A DNA stretch of 63,714 nucleotides from positions 1 to 63,714 of the IMG/VR virus record IMGVR_UViG_3300030117_005059, one strand, 5' to 3'. Positions 35,611 through 46,410 of the stretch are shown here, piece by piece. Position numbers and translations under genes: made by a program. Every line of letters starts with the position of its first letter. The first letter of the stretch is position 1. Origin of the DNA: a virus. Taxonomy: Duplodnaviria; Caudoviricetes. Below the pieces are notes generated by a model. The model did no database searches. It saw only the letters and a list, made by a program, of their open reading frames with translations, and had not been told where the DNA came from.

Positions 35611-36786
35611 TTAATAATCCAGCCTCACTCGAACGGTCAACTCATTGCTTGGCGTCTTCTTGAGAGGCTCACTTAGTTTGCCTACTGCCAACAACTCATT
35701 GTTAGGTCCATACAACCCAACAGTTGTAATGTAGGATACTGGCTCTGCTCTTGAATCATCTGCCTTAACACGAATCTTACTATCTTTGAGGTAAGTTGGG
35801 TTACTGCTGTAGTTGAACTCGTTTGCATTTGCTCGACAGAAATAAATCGTTGAGTTTAGTTCTGTAGTATTATTAAACGAGAGATTTCCAATACGGTGAC
35901 GTAAAGCGTTACAAGCACCAGAAATAGAGGAGCTTGCAAACAACTTAAAGATTGAGTTCAGAGGACCTGGCTCTGAGAAGCCTGCCACAGATGCAGTATG
36001 TGTCATATCCATTTCTGGGAAATGGTTTTCATCAAGAATACCATGTCCAGCAATCGAAGTATCTCCCTTAACATTGTTGTGGAAAATAGAAGAACTCAAC
36101 ACAACAACACCAGCCTGGTAGAAGATAAGACCAACATTGTGACTTGCAGAAACAACCGCTCGGGCTTCATTACCAGTTGATGGTCCACCAGTTAAAGTAT
36201 TGGTCTTAAGAATGCCATATTCCCCTGCTGGTGAATTTGTCTTGTATGACGTTTCTGCATTCGTATCAGTAATACTAAGCGAGGCACTAAACGCTTTATC
36301 GTAGTTTGGCTCTAGCCCAAGATCAATCTGGAAGCTGCCCTTCTTAATCTCATCTTTGCCAAGAAGGCGAGAAATATTAATAAAGTAACAAGATCTAATC
36401 TTTGAGCCGCCCGTAAGATCACCATCAGCGTCAAACTCACGAATGTTACCATCGGCGTCATGACCCATAAGCACTTGTGCCATTTGGTTGTAAATGTTAA
36501 TCTTTGATTTCTGCTGTTTGTATCCAGCCACACTAGAGGCGCTAATGGGTGAGTTTGAACTATAACCCATCGTGAGATCAAAAATATGGTTGGCAGAAGA
36601 ACTTAAGAAAGGATAATCAAAAACAGATTGAAATAAGCCGTGGCTATAATCTTTAATGTTTCTTTCTTGACCTTGTGGTCCGTAAGTACCGGAGACGATT
36701 GTACCAGTGATCGGGATTGATTCATGTAATCTATTCCTAGTATCAATAACGTCGCCGGGTAAGAGTGTTTTAAAAGTTGTAGCCAT
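35611..36786 (-). CDS. Baseplate/tail structural protein
   Basis: IKKGS motif; C-terminal ITTVGLYG..NELLAVGKLSEPLKK. Confidence 0.7.
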   Translation of the reverse strand: MATTFKTLLPGDVIDTRNRLHESIPITGTIVSGTYGPQGQERNIKDYSHGLFQSVFDYPFLSSSANHIFDLTMGYSSNSPISASSVAGYKQQKSKINIYNQMAQVLMGHDADGNIREFDADGDLTGGSKIRSCYFINISRLLGKDEIKKGSFQIDLGLEPNYDKAFSASLSITDTNAETSYKTNSPAGEYGILKTNTLTGGPSTGNEARAVVSASHNVGLIFYQAGVVVLSSSIFHNNVKGDTSIAGHGILDENHFPEMDMTHTASVAGFSEPGPLNSIFKLFASSSISGACNALRHRIGNLSFNNTTELNSTIYFCRANANEFNYSSNPTYLKDSKIRVKADDSRAEPVSYITTVGLYGPNNELLAVGKLSEPLKKTPSNELTVRVRLDY

Positions 36787-36800
36787 TGTTGAATCCTAAT

Positions 36801-37802
36801 TTAAAATGCCTTTAGCAATCTTACAGGGACATCCACCCTGTAGCCTGTGGTAAACCCAGTGATTCGCACTGTGGTGTCAATGAATCTTAGACCAGTTGTT
36901 AAGCCGGTTGCGCCAAGGGTGTCTGTAGTTGTATTACCAAAAGTCGTAAATAAATAGTCGGTAGTCTCGGCATCTTGTGCTGCTTTGAGACCAAACCTAA
37001 ATCTATACCCTGGTCGTCCATTAACGGCGGTATCATCTTGTTTTTGACCATTGTTATCTGTTTCAATAGTTGCAAAATATTTGTTGTCGCCCAGGTTTTC
37101 TGCGCCACCCTGGAAAGAGATAAAGTAACTTGCGATATTATCATCATCAATAAAACTTGGCGACAAAACTGGTCTAGCATTGTTAACTCTACCAGGGGCA
37201 CACAAGTTAAGCAACCTATTATCAACCTCAATAATATACTGTGATTCTCTTAGTTCAGAACCAAGACCAAGTGGCTGAACTCCAGTAGCAACATTATCCA
37301 ACCCTTGATCAAAAGTTAACGGGTTGTTCTTGCTCGAATCAGCATAATTTACTCCGTCAGCGAGCAACAGCCCCTGTAGCTTATCGTTTCCTAACGGAGT
37401 GCTGAACTTAGTGCTGGTAGTAGAATCAACAGATAACAAGATGGCTCCGTTAGTATCTGAAAGGTGACTGTCGCCAGTTGTCTTCATAAGTTGTGGACCT
37501 GCAACCTGATTTAACTTTTTAACCGGAAGGTACAAAAGATTATTATTAGCAATCGTTAGGAGTTTTGACTTCATGGTTGACGTGTTGTTCGTGAACGCCT
37601 CAAACACCGGGGACTGTAGAATGTCCAAGTCTCTATTTGCGCCGGCTGCGCCCGTAGCGTAAAGCTCATAGTTGACCTCATCGTCACCAAACGCAAACTT
37701 CACAATCCTAAAACTACCGTCGCCTCTAGCTAGTTGGCGTCGCCCCGTATCGGTCAAAACTGCATCTAAGATGATATCACCACTATTGTCTAAGAATGAC
37801 AT
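36801..37802 (-). CDS. Baseplate/tail structural protein
   Basis: MSFLD...DAVLTDTGRRQLARG..FRIVKFAFGDDEVNY; paralogous N-terminus with 45480..46379. Confidence 0.7.
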   Translation of the reverse strand: MSFLDNSGDIILDAVLTDTGRRQLARGDGSFRIVKFAFGDDEVNYELYATGAAGANRDLDILQSPVFEAFTNNTSTMKSKLLTIANNNLLYLPVKKLNQVAGPQLMKTTGDSHLSDTNGAILLSVDSTTSTKFSTPLGNDKLQGLLLADGVNYADSSKNNPLTFDQGLDNVATGVQPLGLGSELRESQYIIEVDNRLLNLCAPGRVNNARPVLSPSFIDDDNIASYFISFQGGAENLGDNKYFATIETDNNGQKQDDTAVNGRPGYRFRFGLKAAQDAETTDYLFTTFGNTTTDTLGATGLTTGLRFIDTTVRITGFTTGYRVDVPVRLLKAF

Positions 37803-37832
37803 AATAACTCCCTTTCATATAACGAATCAAAA

Positions 37833-37841
37833 TAAATAGTT
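37833..37841 (-). promoter_or_regulatory. Putative late promoter motif AACTATTTA
   Basis: Exact motif 30 nt upstream of the 37802 start. Confidence 0.65.
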
Positions 37842-37867
37842 CCTGAAAATCATTTTGTTCTACTTTA

Positions 37868-40800
37868 TTATTCTGTGTCCCTGCCTTGGAATTGATCCAA
37901 GAACTCCTCGTAATTACCTTCTCCAAATAATTGTCTCAATCGATCCTCTAATTGAGCACCAACATCTTGAATAGATACGTTAACTGATTCTAATCTACTT
38001 CTAATTTCTTCAATCCTATCTTCAACTAACGCAGGGGTGCTCTCTTGCAAGTCGTACCTTAATCTGACAAGATCGTCAAGGGCGTCCTCTATCTTTATAA
38101 TAGTTGGAGGCTTAAAGTAAAGATTTAAATCTACTTTTCTACCGGTGTCTCTCGAAGTTACCCTTACCTTAAATCTTGATCCTAAAGTTTTTTCTGGCAA
38201 TTGACCAACTCTCTCCTCTGAGGCTGCTGCCTGAGTTTGTAAAACATACGGCTGTATCATGAGGAACTTTCTCATTTTCTTCGTATCTCTTTGATTCTTT
38301 GGTCTAACCGGTTTAAACGCCTGAATCGATGGCACCACCTGACCTTTATCCTCGCTTATATAAACCTTATAAATTTCTGTTGGATTAGAAATATTACCTT
38401 GCTTATCTACCGCACGGAATGTATAATAATAAGTTACGTTCGGTCTTATGTTATCAGTATAGGCTTGTCCAAAAATTCTAGTGACATCAGCAATTTTATT
38501 GCCAGCAAAAACACTATACGGTGAGCGGGGATCTGGCACAAACGTAGTGCGATACACCTCAAACCTCTCTAGATCTTCACCCTCACTGGCAAACTCCAAA
38601 TGACCTTCTGGTAGGTCAAAATTTTCAAGTAATTGAGCTTGTCGAATCTGCTCAAAAAGATCTCCATCTCCGGGCTCGATTGGTATATACGGAATAGAAT
38701 TGTCTTGATCGTTAACGTCGATATCTTTTGACGGAAAGATTTTATCTGTCTGTCCATTAAAGTTCATCATGATCTGGCGGCTATTGTTTTTAAACGGAAC
38801 AATGTCAACAAACGGTGGAACTGGTGGTCTATCAAGAACCGTAGCAGTTGGCAAAGAAACGCCAAGTTTGCCCCCAGTCTCATACACTATAGATGATATC
38901 GGCACTTTAGCTAGCACAAGCCTGCTACGAGAGTACACATTTACTGCCATGTTCATTTCCGTATAGGTGGCATCACCATCATCAATTAGGTCTGCTACAG
39001 CCCTTGAGCGCCCTTGTCCACTTAAGAAATTAGATAAGTTTCCTTTTGCAGTATTGTACGCCTGAACAAACGTATCATTTTCATTTCCCCTGGCTACATC
39101 TGATTGAAACGGGTCTTGCTCAGATGAAAATAATCCGATCTGTCCATCTAGCTCCATCTGGCGATTGTTGCGAACATTGGCATCTGGTTCAACTTTTGAA
39201 ATCTGATATTGAAGTGCAGGCGCTATCACATATGCGTAAACAACATATTTATACTTTCCACCAAACTCCACTCTTCGATCAACGTAGGTGTATTTTGTTT
39301 TTCCACCACGAACGTAGTATTTTACTCTTGGCTCTAAGTTCACCTCACCATCAATTACTTCGTGTTGGTCAATTCTATAAAATAGGACCTCTGGTTTTTT
39401 TGAGTTCAAGGTAACCTTATTTGGATCTGCGGTCCTTAATTCTTCAGCTATCGCACCCGAGTACCCATTTTGCTCTAATCTTTCTCTTTGGTTTTTTAAC
39501 TTAGTCTGTCGATCAACTTCATGAGTAAATCTCCACACATTTTCATATGTCAAGTCGTCTGTAAAGTCCTCTTGCAATGATCTTATTTCAGATCGTAAGG
39601 CGGTCATTTTTATTCTGTCTAAAAAACTAACACAAGCATCTTGTTGCGGAGGCGCATCATTACCAAATTCATCTTTTACCACCGGCTCTGCGCCAAAGTA
39701 ATTTGGAGGCAGCGGCTGCGGCTCATCTTGGCTTGTCATAGCTGCAAGGAATATATCTAATTCTGTTTCTAAATCAACGGCTTCAATAGTAATTTTTTCG
39801 TTCGCTGTCTTCACTTCGCCGTCGGGATTTAAAAATTGAAATGAACTATTTAAAACATATTGCCTAGCTCTTCCTGATTCCATCTTTTCAACCATTCTTG
39901 GTATGATTGTTGAAAAACCGTTAGCCTCCTCAATTTTTGTAGATAAAGATCCAAAAGACCTTCTATTAAATGTTACCTGAACATATCTTGGTAGTTGTCT
40001 TTTTCTTACTTCTGGTAACGAGTCAAAACTATCAAGCGTACGCTCGACGGTCTCCGAGTATTGATCTGGATCTGCATCATAATATCCAGCCGGCGCTGGG
40101 TAATTATACTCTGCATCCACTGTCGTGACTGCAACATTACCACCGTACCGATTTAAGAAATCATGTGTTACCTTTGAGTCTTTACACCAATCTGTTTGGA
40201 GAGCTAAAGGAATAAGCATACAGTGATACGGATTAACATACTGGTCGCCTGTTAACTCTCCAATGTTTGAAATCAATCCCTGTTGTACTTTTTCCGCACG
40301 ATCTAAAACAACGGTGCGGTTAAATAAACCTGCAAATTTTCTAATAGAGGCAAACTGCCTGTACAACCTTCGTTGATGAAGTAAATATTCATTTTCCCCA
40401 AGTCTAAGATCAGCAGCTTCTGGGGATACAAATTGTGGTTTTATAACTTGAGTAATAATGGTCTGTTTTGTAAAACCCTCTGATCCACCAAGCTTTGTTC
40501 GTGTGAAAAAAAGATTGTTCTCTTCTTGAGAATTATAACTGCTATCATCACCGTCCCTGTTAACAGGACCAAAAATTATATTTACCTGTCCCTGTAAATC
40601 TAACTGTGGGTTTCTGGTCCTTATGTTAAGACTCTTTGTTCTTAGCCATGTAAACTCTCCCGAAACACCAGTCTCTCGAATAAATCTAATATCGTCTTCA
40701 CCCGTAGCTCGTGTTGAACTTATGAGATCTTGTAGCCTCCTTTCTTCTGTTCTATTAAGAGTGCCATCATTCCTAGTTCTTTCTCCCGCTTCTTGTGCCC

Positions 40801-41053
40801 TTAATTCCTCAGCAAGCCGTTCTTGAAAATCAGCAAGAACACTTTCCATTGTTGCTCGGCGTGCTGCAACCTTAGTCTCTATTTCCTGCTCTGTTTCTTC
40901 TGAGGGTTCCGAAGGGAATGGACTAGACGTAGCCAACAACGGATCAACAGCAGCAACACTTGGCAATGGATTGGCGGAACCAGAGACCAGCCCATCGGTT
41001 AGCCTAGCAGGTGGTACAGAGGTATCAGTAAAAAAGAAAATTTTCTTTGACAT
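37868..41053 (-). CDS. Large virion protein with FN3-like segments
   Basis: 1061 aa; YVDRRVEFGGKYKYVVYAY and YTDNIRPNVTYYYTFRAVDKQGNISNP. Confidence 0.65.
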   Translation of the reverse strand: MSKKIFFFTDTSVPPARLTDGLVSGSANPLPSVAAVDPLLATSSPFPSEPSEETEQEIETKVAARRATMESVLADFQERLAEELRAQEAGERTRNDGTLNRTEERRLQDLISSTRATGEDDIRFIRETGVSGEFTWLRTKSLNIRTRNPQLDLQGQVNIIFGPVNRDGDDSSYNSQEENNLFFTRTKLGGSEGFTKQTIITQVIKPQFVSPEAADLRLGENEYLLHQRRLYRQFASIRKFAGLFNRTVVLDRAEKVQQGLISNIGELTGDQYVNPYHCMLIPLALQTDWCKDSKVTHDFLNRYGGNVAVTTVDAEYNYPAPAGYYDADPDQYSETVERTLDSFDSLPEVRKRQLPRYVQVTFNRRSFGSLSTKIEEANGFSTIIPRMVEKMESGRARQYVLNSSFQFLNPDGEVKTANEKITIEAVDLETELDIFLAAMTSQDEPQPLPPNYFGAEPVVKDEFGNDAPPQQDACVSFLDRIKMTALRSEIRSLQEDFTDDLTYENVWRFTHEVDRQTKLKNQRERLEQNGYSGAIAEELRTADPNKVTLNSKKPEVLFYRIDQHEVIDGEVNLEPRVKYYVRGGKTKYTYVDRRVEFGGKYKYVVYAYVIAPALQYQISKVEPDANVRNNRQMELDGQIGLFSSEQDPFQSDVARGNENDTFVQAYNTAKGNLSNFLSGQGRSRAVADLIDDGDATYTEMNMAVNVYSRSRLVLAKVPISSIVYETGGKLGVSLPTATVLDRPPVPPFVDIVPFKNNSRQIMMNFNGQTDKIFPSKDIDVNDQDNSIPYIPIEPGDGDLFEQIRQAQLLENFDLPEGHLEFASEGEDLERFEVYRTTFVPDPRSPYSVFAGNKIADVTRIFGQAYTDNIRPNVTYYYTFRAVDKQGNISNPTEIYKVYISEDKGQVVPSIQAFKPVRPKNQRDTKKMRKFLMIQPYVLQTQAAASEERVGQLPEKTLGSRFKVRVTSRDTGRKVDLNLYFKPPTIIKIEDALDDLVRLRYDLQESTPALVEDRIEEIRSRLESVNVSIQDVGAQLEDRLRQLFGEGNYEEFLDQFQGRDTE

Positions 41054-44000
41054 TAGTAACCTCCTCCACCGCCAAAGCCTCCGCCGCCGCCGAAGCCTCC
41101 GCCGCCGATGCCGCCAGGAATGACAGGAGTAATGTTATCCACCACATCTTTAATGTCTCGTACGTTTTCTGGTGAGACTTGTCGTGGTGGTTGAACCTGC
41201 TGTGGCGGCGGGCTTGGTTGTGGTGCTGGTCTTGGCTGTCGTGCTGGTCTTATCCGTGGGGCTGGTCTTGGCAGTGGGGTTACTCTTATGTCACGCAGAT
41301 CAATTTTCCTTCTTATAGCAGGAGGTGGAGAACCAGCATTAGGACCAAGCCCCATCAAAAGATCTTGCGGACTAACATTTACAGGTATCATAATTTGTTT
41401 TGCAACGTCCCTAAGTTGTAACCCAACCCTAATCTGATTTTCCTCTTCGTTCACACCAATTCTATCTCTGCCTGGATCAACCGCAGGGACGGGTGGTGGC
41501 GGAGGAGGCTGAGGCTGGGTCAACTCAATTCTCTCTGGGTCTCTTGTTTCTACTAGTCCCTCAAACTGATCAATATAATTAAACCCATGGTGTAAAATAA
41601 AATATTGATCATAAATTGGCAAATCAAAGGTATCGATCTTTTGGACTCCAAGCCGTGGATTTGTGTATGGAACTAGCCTACAAATAAAATAGTCTTGCTC
41701 AGAAATGTTAACTCTCTCTTGTGCCACGTTACCTGCTATTGCTTCTTGTCTCTCCTCTGGAACACCTTGTAAACGATCTGCTGTTCGATTAAAGCTTCCT
41801 ACAAAAGCTCTGAGAGCCGCACGTCCCCCAAATAGCACCTCAAGAGGTAATGGGAGCCAGGCTTCATCTTTAATAGAATAATTTCTCTCCCCTCCATTAG
41901 TGCTATAAAATCCATCTAAGTATTCAACTCTTACAAGCTGCTTGTGATTTAACCAAAATGCTGGGAATTTGACTGGATCTTTCATTGGGTCAAATACCGA
42001 CAGGGGTTGATCTCTGTCTGGAATTGATACAAACAATGAATTGAAACGATCTTGATTTCTTAATCTATCAGCCTCATCTTTATCCACATTCAACAAAGGT
42101 AACCTTACATTGTTTGAGTCTATCCCCAAGCTCATCTCAATCATCGATCTCAAAGCCAGAGGGAGGCGGTTTGCGGCTATATTGAATTCAAGGTCACGAG
42201 GATCTTCAATACCAGCGCCCTCAGCAAATCGCTTAGAAACTTTTGCAATAGAGTCAATCCTAACATTCCTTAGAGCCTCGTTTTCACCCGTCATCACAAA
42301 CTGCTTAAACATGGAAAACAGTGTCCTGTCAGATATACTGGCAAACGACTCTTTAATATTTTCATCTTCTTTCTCAAGGGCTTTTTGACGAGCTTTGTTT
42401 ACTTCTCTTTCTTCATCGCCAATATCATTAAACTCATTTCTTACATTTCTAGCTCTTCTAAAATTATCGTCGCCCTCATCAAGTTGCTCTCTTACACCAA
42501 AAACATCATCTGCATTCCCTTGAACACCCTGCCCCTTTCGGATGTCTTCATTAAAGGCTTTTGGGAAAACAAAAGAGAACGAACCTCTCGACAGTGCGCT
42601 TATTAGCGATGCAGTTCTATTAGCATCTTGTTCAGCTTGTTCATCCTTATTAGTTTCTTTTGTATTTCTTAGGTAATAATAATCAGAGTCCTCGTTTCCA
42701 AATTGAAGTTCCAATAAATCAACTAGCAGTTTTTTATAAACTCCATAAAGATTCCTAGTGTTGATTCCCTGGAAGAACATTTCTCCCTGCCCGGCGAATC
42801 CTCCACCAAAAGCACGGATAGATAGGGGTGTTAGAAACGAACCAGCGAGACCGCTAACCGATTGCTGCAATAAACTGTCGTCATCTGTTGCACCATTGTA
42901 AAACTTAACTCTCTCAAATCCAGTTCTTTTTCCATATGTGACTGGGTTCATGGTTCTAAACTGTGTCCCATCGAAACCCGGAGATCTACGACCATCATAT
43001 ACTCGATTATAATTTTCAGACGTTGTATCACGGGGTACAATATACTCATAACCACACTTGTAATATTTTCCTATTCTTACAGTTTGTTCAAACTGTTTAC
43101 GAACTTTTATAGGTTTGATCTTTTGAGAACTACCTTCAGATAAGCCAGTGCTAAGACTACCAGGGTCGGAACTAAACGTAAAGTCTGGTGCTATTCTTTT
43201 TATTAGATTAACCAAAGAATTTTGTGTCACCTTATAGACATCGATCAGTGCATCAAGAGACTGAAGTGAACTTTGAATCGTACCTGAATAAGCCTCAGCC
43301 GCTAAATCTTGTAGCATCAGATAGTAGGCACTTGGTGCTTCTACTTCAATTTGCGCTATCTCCTGTTCGACAATCTGTGCGTTTCCAGCATCGGGTTGAA
43401 TTTCTTGTTGTTGATTTTGCTCTTTAGCTTTTTCCTGCTTCTTTCCTTTCTTACCTTTTTCAATTGGCTTAAGAAATGGTAGTTGTTGCTCACGAGGAAT
43501 TAAAGCGTCTAAGAAAACAGAAAGCACAGTTACGTTTTCAGATGTCTGTGTAAACAGCCTCCTTTTTACTGCTTCGTTTACACTGCCGTTAGCATCAAAT
43601 AATGGTCCACCATAATCTATTGAAACACGATGGGATTGTATTTCGAGCATGTCTTTAGCTATCTCTGCCAACATCGCCTTGAGCACTAGCGCAGAATTAT
43701 CAACAATAGCAACCTCAGCAGAGTATTGAAAATTTCCTGCTTTCTGGCTTGCTATTTCTTGAGACATATCATCTTTACAGTAAAAGAACTTCAACATTTT
43801 ATCAGCATGATTTGCGTTAGTTCGGGAGGGATTTATACTAGCCATCTTTGCACTGCCAATAAACTCCTCTACGTTATATTCTTCAACTGGGTCATCAGAA
43901 TACCCTGAACCTAAAGAGTTTGCTGCACCGGGTCGAAGTCTTACTTTTTTCCTTGACACTCGCACATCTTTTATGTCATACAGCGGGTAATCAATAGAAT

Positions 44001-45480
44001 TGACTATTTGCACAAAAGCGGGTCGTTTAAGTAAATTGTAGATTGGTGAGTTGTCCTCAATAAATTTAGTCAAATCAAAAGCAAACATTAGTTTAATATT
44101 CTCTTGATGATCTTTAGTTGTCCACAAATTAGTAAAGTAATTTTTTTCTGTGTTAAACAACTTGTTAACTTGCTTTTCTCCAAAGGATCGAATACCATCT
44201 GTTAACTCAGAAAAAAGTCGCTCTAGATTATTTTCTAACGTTGGTACTGGTTGTGGTCTTACTATATTAGCCAGCGTCCTTTTGTCTCTTAAAATTTGCC
44301 TGCCTGGACCAAAGACCTGCGGTGGTCTAATATTTTGATTTGCATTTCTAAGGACTCGACGGTTGTAAACCCGCATATTCCTACCTGGCATATATGATCT
44401 AACACCATCATCATTAACATGCACATGGATTTCGTTCCTAAGACCTAGATCCTCGGCTCTTTGTTCGGCTCTTGCTTGGGCATCAGCGTCGGCAGCACCT
44501 ACGCCACTAGTTCTTATCAGTTCTGGGTCTAAATAAAACACATCATCCGGTCTTGCATATATTCCCTCGAACCCCTCATCTCTCCCGAGAAAATCACCAT
44601 TTGGTGCGATTGGGGTTGAGCCTGGGTATTTTATATCGAATAATCTCTGGAGTCCTTCGTCAAAATAACTCTCATCATACGATCCTATAACATTTACAAA
44701 GTTAATGCCGCCAGTTGTAATTGGGTCAAGCTCTGTCATGTTTCTTGGCGCTAACCCTGCAAACAAGCGCAAGTCTAAATAACAGAAAGCAAAGATACTT
44801 AAATGCCCACTGTTACTATTAGCCCCGGTGTTGATTGACTTACCAACGCCAATTAAATTGTTGTCTGATGTCGGTATTTGATTTGTTGATTTGTAAAACC
44901 TAAAGTCAACCTCAAAAGAGAATTTTTTATTGATCTCCGTGCCATCTTGGTATTTTTCTATATCTGGGTTTTTATTATCAATTACATCGGTTGCTTTGAT
45001 ATCATAAAGCTGAACGTCACTCAAAGGCGCAGCAGCTAAAATAACTGGGGACAAAGACTCTGAAGCTGCCCTATGTCGGGGGTTTACATTGTTCCTAAAC
45101 ATCTCTCTGTATAGATTTCTTACTTCTAGTGGTTGTTGTAGGGTTAACAAATCTTTTAAACCGGTCTGGGTGCTGTTAGCCCTAGACATTTTAAACTTTC
45201 TTATACGCTCCGCCAGGTAAAGCATTCTCTTTGTCGCAACAGGACTGGTGGTTGCAATCACTCGAATGTTTGTTACGGCGAGAGATTCTTCTTGATCAAA
45301 CCAAAATTTCTGCGCCTGGTTTCTGACTGTCTGCCTAAAACTTAATCGTGCCTTAATGGTTTCCACGTCGCCACTTGACGCAACTTGATTTCTACCTTGG
45401 TCTGGTAGCCTCTCAATCTTATCGATATGAATCTCGGGAGCTAGATCGCCAAAAGATGAACACCCGTTAAAATCTGCCAT
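41053..45480 (-). CDS. Large hypothetical virion-associated protein
   Basis: 1475 aa, Pro-rich C-terminal region ending in (GGGGF)n-GGGGGY. Confidence 0.65.
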   Translation of the reverse strand: MADFNGCSSFGDLAPEIHIDKIERLPDQGRNQVASSGDVETIKARLSFRQTVRNQAQKFWFDQEESLAVTNIRVIATTSPVATKRMLYLAERIRKFKMSRANSTQTGLKDLLTLQQPLEVRNLYREMFRNNVNPRHRAASESLSPVILAAAPLSDVQLYDIKATDVIDNKNPDIEKYQDGTEINKKFSFEVDFRFYKSTNQIPTSDNNLIGVGKSINTGANSNSGHLSIFAFCYLDLRLFAGLAPRNMTELDPITTGGINFVNVIGSYDESYFDEGLQRLFDIKYPGSTPIAPNGDFLGRDEGFEGIYARPDDVFYLDPELIRTSGVGAADADAQARAEQRAEDLGLRNEIHVHVNDDGVRSYMPGRNMRVYNRRVLRNANQNIRPPQVFGPGRQILRDKRTLANIVRPQPVPTLENNLERLFSELTDGIRSFGEKQVNKLFNTEKNYFTNLWTTKDHQENIKLMFAFDLTKFIEDNSPIYNLLKRPAFVQIVNSIDYPLYDIKDVRVSRKKVRLRPGAANSLGSGYSDDPVEEYNVEEFIGSAKMASINPSRTNANHADKMLKFFYCKDDMSQEIASQKAGNFQYSAEVAIVDNSALVLKAMLAEIAKDMLEIQSHRVSIDYGGPLFDANGSVNEAVKRRLFTQTSENVTVLSVFLDALIPREQQLPFLKPIEKGKKGKKQEKAKEQNQQQEIQPDAGNAQIVEQEIAQIEVEAPSAYYLMLQDLAAEAYSGTIQSSLQSLDALIDVYKVTQNSLVNLIKRIAPDFTFSSDPGSLSTGLSEGSSQKIKPIKVRKQFEQTVRIGKYYKCGYEYIVPRDTTSENYNRVYDGRRSPGFDGTQFRTMNPVTYGKRTGFERVKFYNGATDDDSLLQQSVSGLAGSFLTPLSIRAFGGGFAGQGEMFFQGINTRNLYGVYKKLLVDLLELQFGNEDSDYYYLRNTKETNKDEQAEQDANRTASLISALSRGSFSFVFPKAFNEDIRKGQGVQGNADDVFGVREQLDEGDDNFRRARNVRNEFNDIGDEEREVNKARQKALEKEDENIKESFASISDRTLFSMFKQFVMTGENEALRNVRIDSIAKVSKRFAEGAGIEDPRDLEFNIAANRLPLALRSMIEMSLGIDSNNVRLPLLNVDKDEADRLRNQDRFNSLFVSIPDRDQPLSVFDPMKDPVKFPAFWLNHKQLVRVEYLDGFYSTNGGERNYSIKDEAWLPLPLEVLFGGRAALRAFVGSFNRTADRLQGVPEERQEAIAGNVAQERVNISEQDYFICRLVPYTNPRLGVQKIDTFDLPIYDQYFILHHGFNYIDQFEGLVETRDPERIELTQPQPPPPPPVPAVDPGRDRIGVNEEENQIRVGLQLRDVAKQIMIPVNVSPQDLLMGLGPNAGSPPPAIRRKIDLRDIRVTPLPRPAPRIRPARQPRPAPQPSPPPQQVQPPRQVSPENVRDIKDVVDNITPVIPGGIGGGGFGGGGGFGGGGGY

Positions 45481-46379
45481 TAGTCACAAACCTCACCTGA
45501 ATCATCATCGCCAAACCTAGTAGAATATAAGCTTGCCGCTGCCGTAGATTCTAATATATTATCACCCAGGGTGTCAGTTAGTTCCCCATCTGATTTGATG
45601 CTTAAAAAATATTCAACGTAACTTGGATCTAATCTAGGATACCTGCCATTAATTTCAGCATCAGTGCTTGCCATTAGAACACCGGTCTGCTCGTCAAAAG
45701 CATCTTCTGTTATAAATTTTAGATCCTGCACATGTTTAAATACTCGACTAGTGTCAGAGTCAGTGGGACCTTCGCATAAGAAAACTTCAATATCATAATT
45801 TCCATCTACTTTATCAAAGACATTTTCCTCTTCAATAGATACAACGACCTTTTGATCTTGAATATTATAAGCGAGGTTATCAGGGTCCGTTCCTTGCGGT
45901 ACATATGGAACATAATATGCCCATTCAATATCAAAATGTATTTGTGGAATTTCTGCCATATCAGTTCTCTGACTAAAGGGTGAACTATATTCGACAGAAC
46001 CAGTAATTTGCACAGAGTCCGATATAGTTTGTATGTTCCAAGAAGGAAAGAAATCTGACCTTAGATCTGACGTTCCAAGTGGATTTGAAAGCATACTATT
46101 ACCTTTTCTGGTCACTGGGCTATCAGATGTAATTGGCATACCATCATCATTAAGTGAACCCGATGTTACCATAATCGGTCTAAGAGATAAAGACTCTCGG
46201 ATACGACCAATGATATCATTCTGATCTTCGGACAAATCAATATATTTGCCATCGTATACTACATCATCGTCAAAGAAGGCATAGAACATAGGCTTAAACT
46301 TACCCTTGGAAATAAGATATTTTCCGTGGGGTGTCACAGCGATATCAACAACATCTTCTTTTTTATTTAAGAACGTCAT
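45480..46379 (-). CDS. Baseplate/tail structural protein
   Basis: MTFLNKKEDVVDIAVTPHGKYLISKG..YAFFDDDVVYD. Confidence 0.65.
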   Translation of the reverse strand: MTFLNKKEDVVDIAVTPHGKYLISKGKFKPMFYAFFDDDVVYDGKYIDLSEDQNDIIGRIRESLSLRPIMVTSGSLNDDGMPITSDSPVTRKGNSMLSNPLGTSDLRSDFFPSWNIQTISDSVQITGSVEYSSPFSQRTDMAEIPQIHFDIEWAYYVPYVPQGTDPDNLAYNIQDQKVVVSIEEENVFDKVDGNYDIEVFLCEGPTDSDTSRVFKHVQDLKFITEDAFDEQTGVLMASTDAEINGRYPRLDPSYVEYFLSIKSDGELTDTLGDNILESTAAASLYSTRFGDDDSGEVCD

Positions 46380-46410
46380 GTATTAAGTATTTCCCCATCA
46401 AATATTATTA

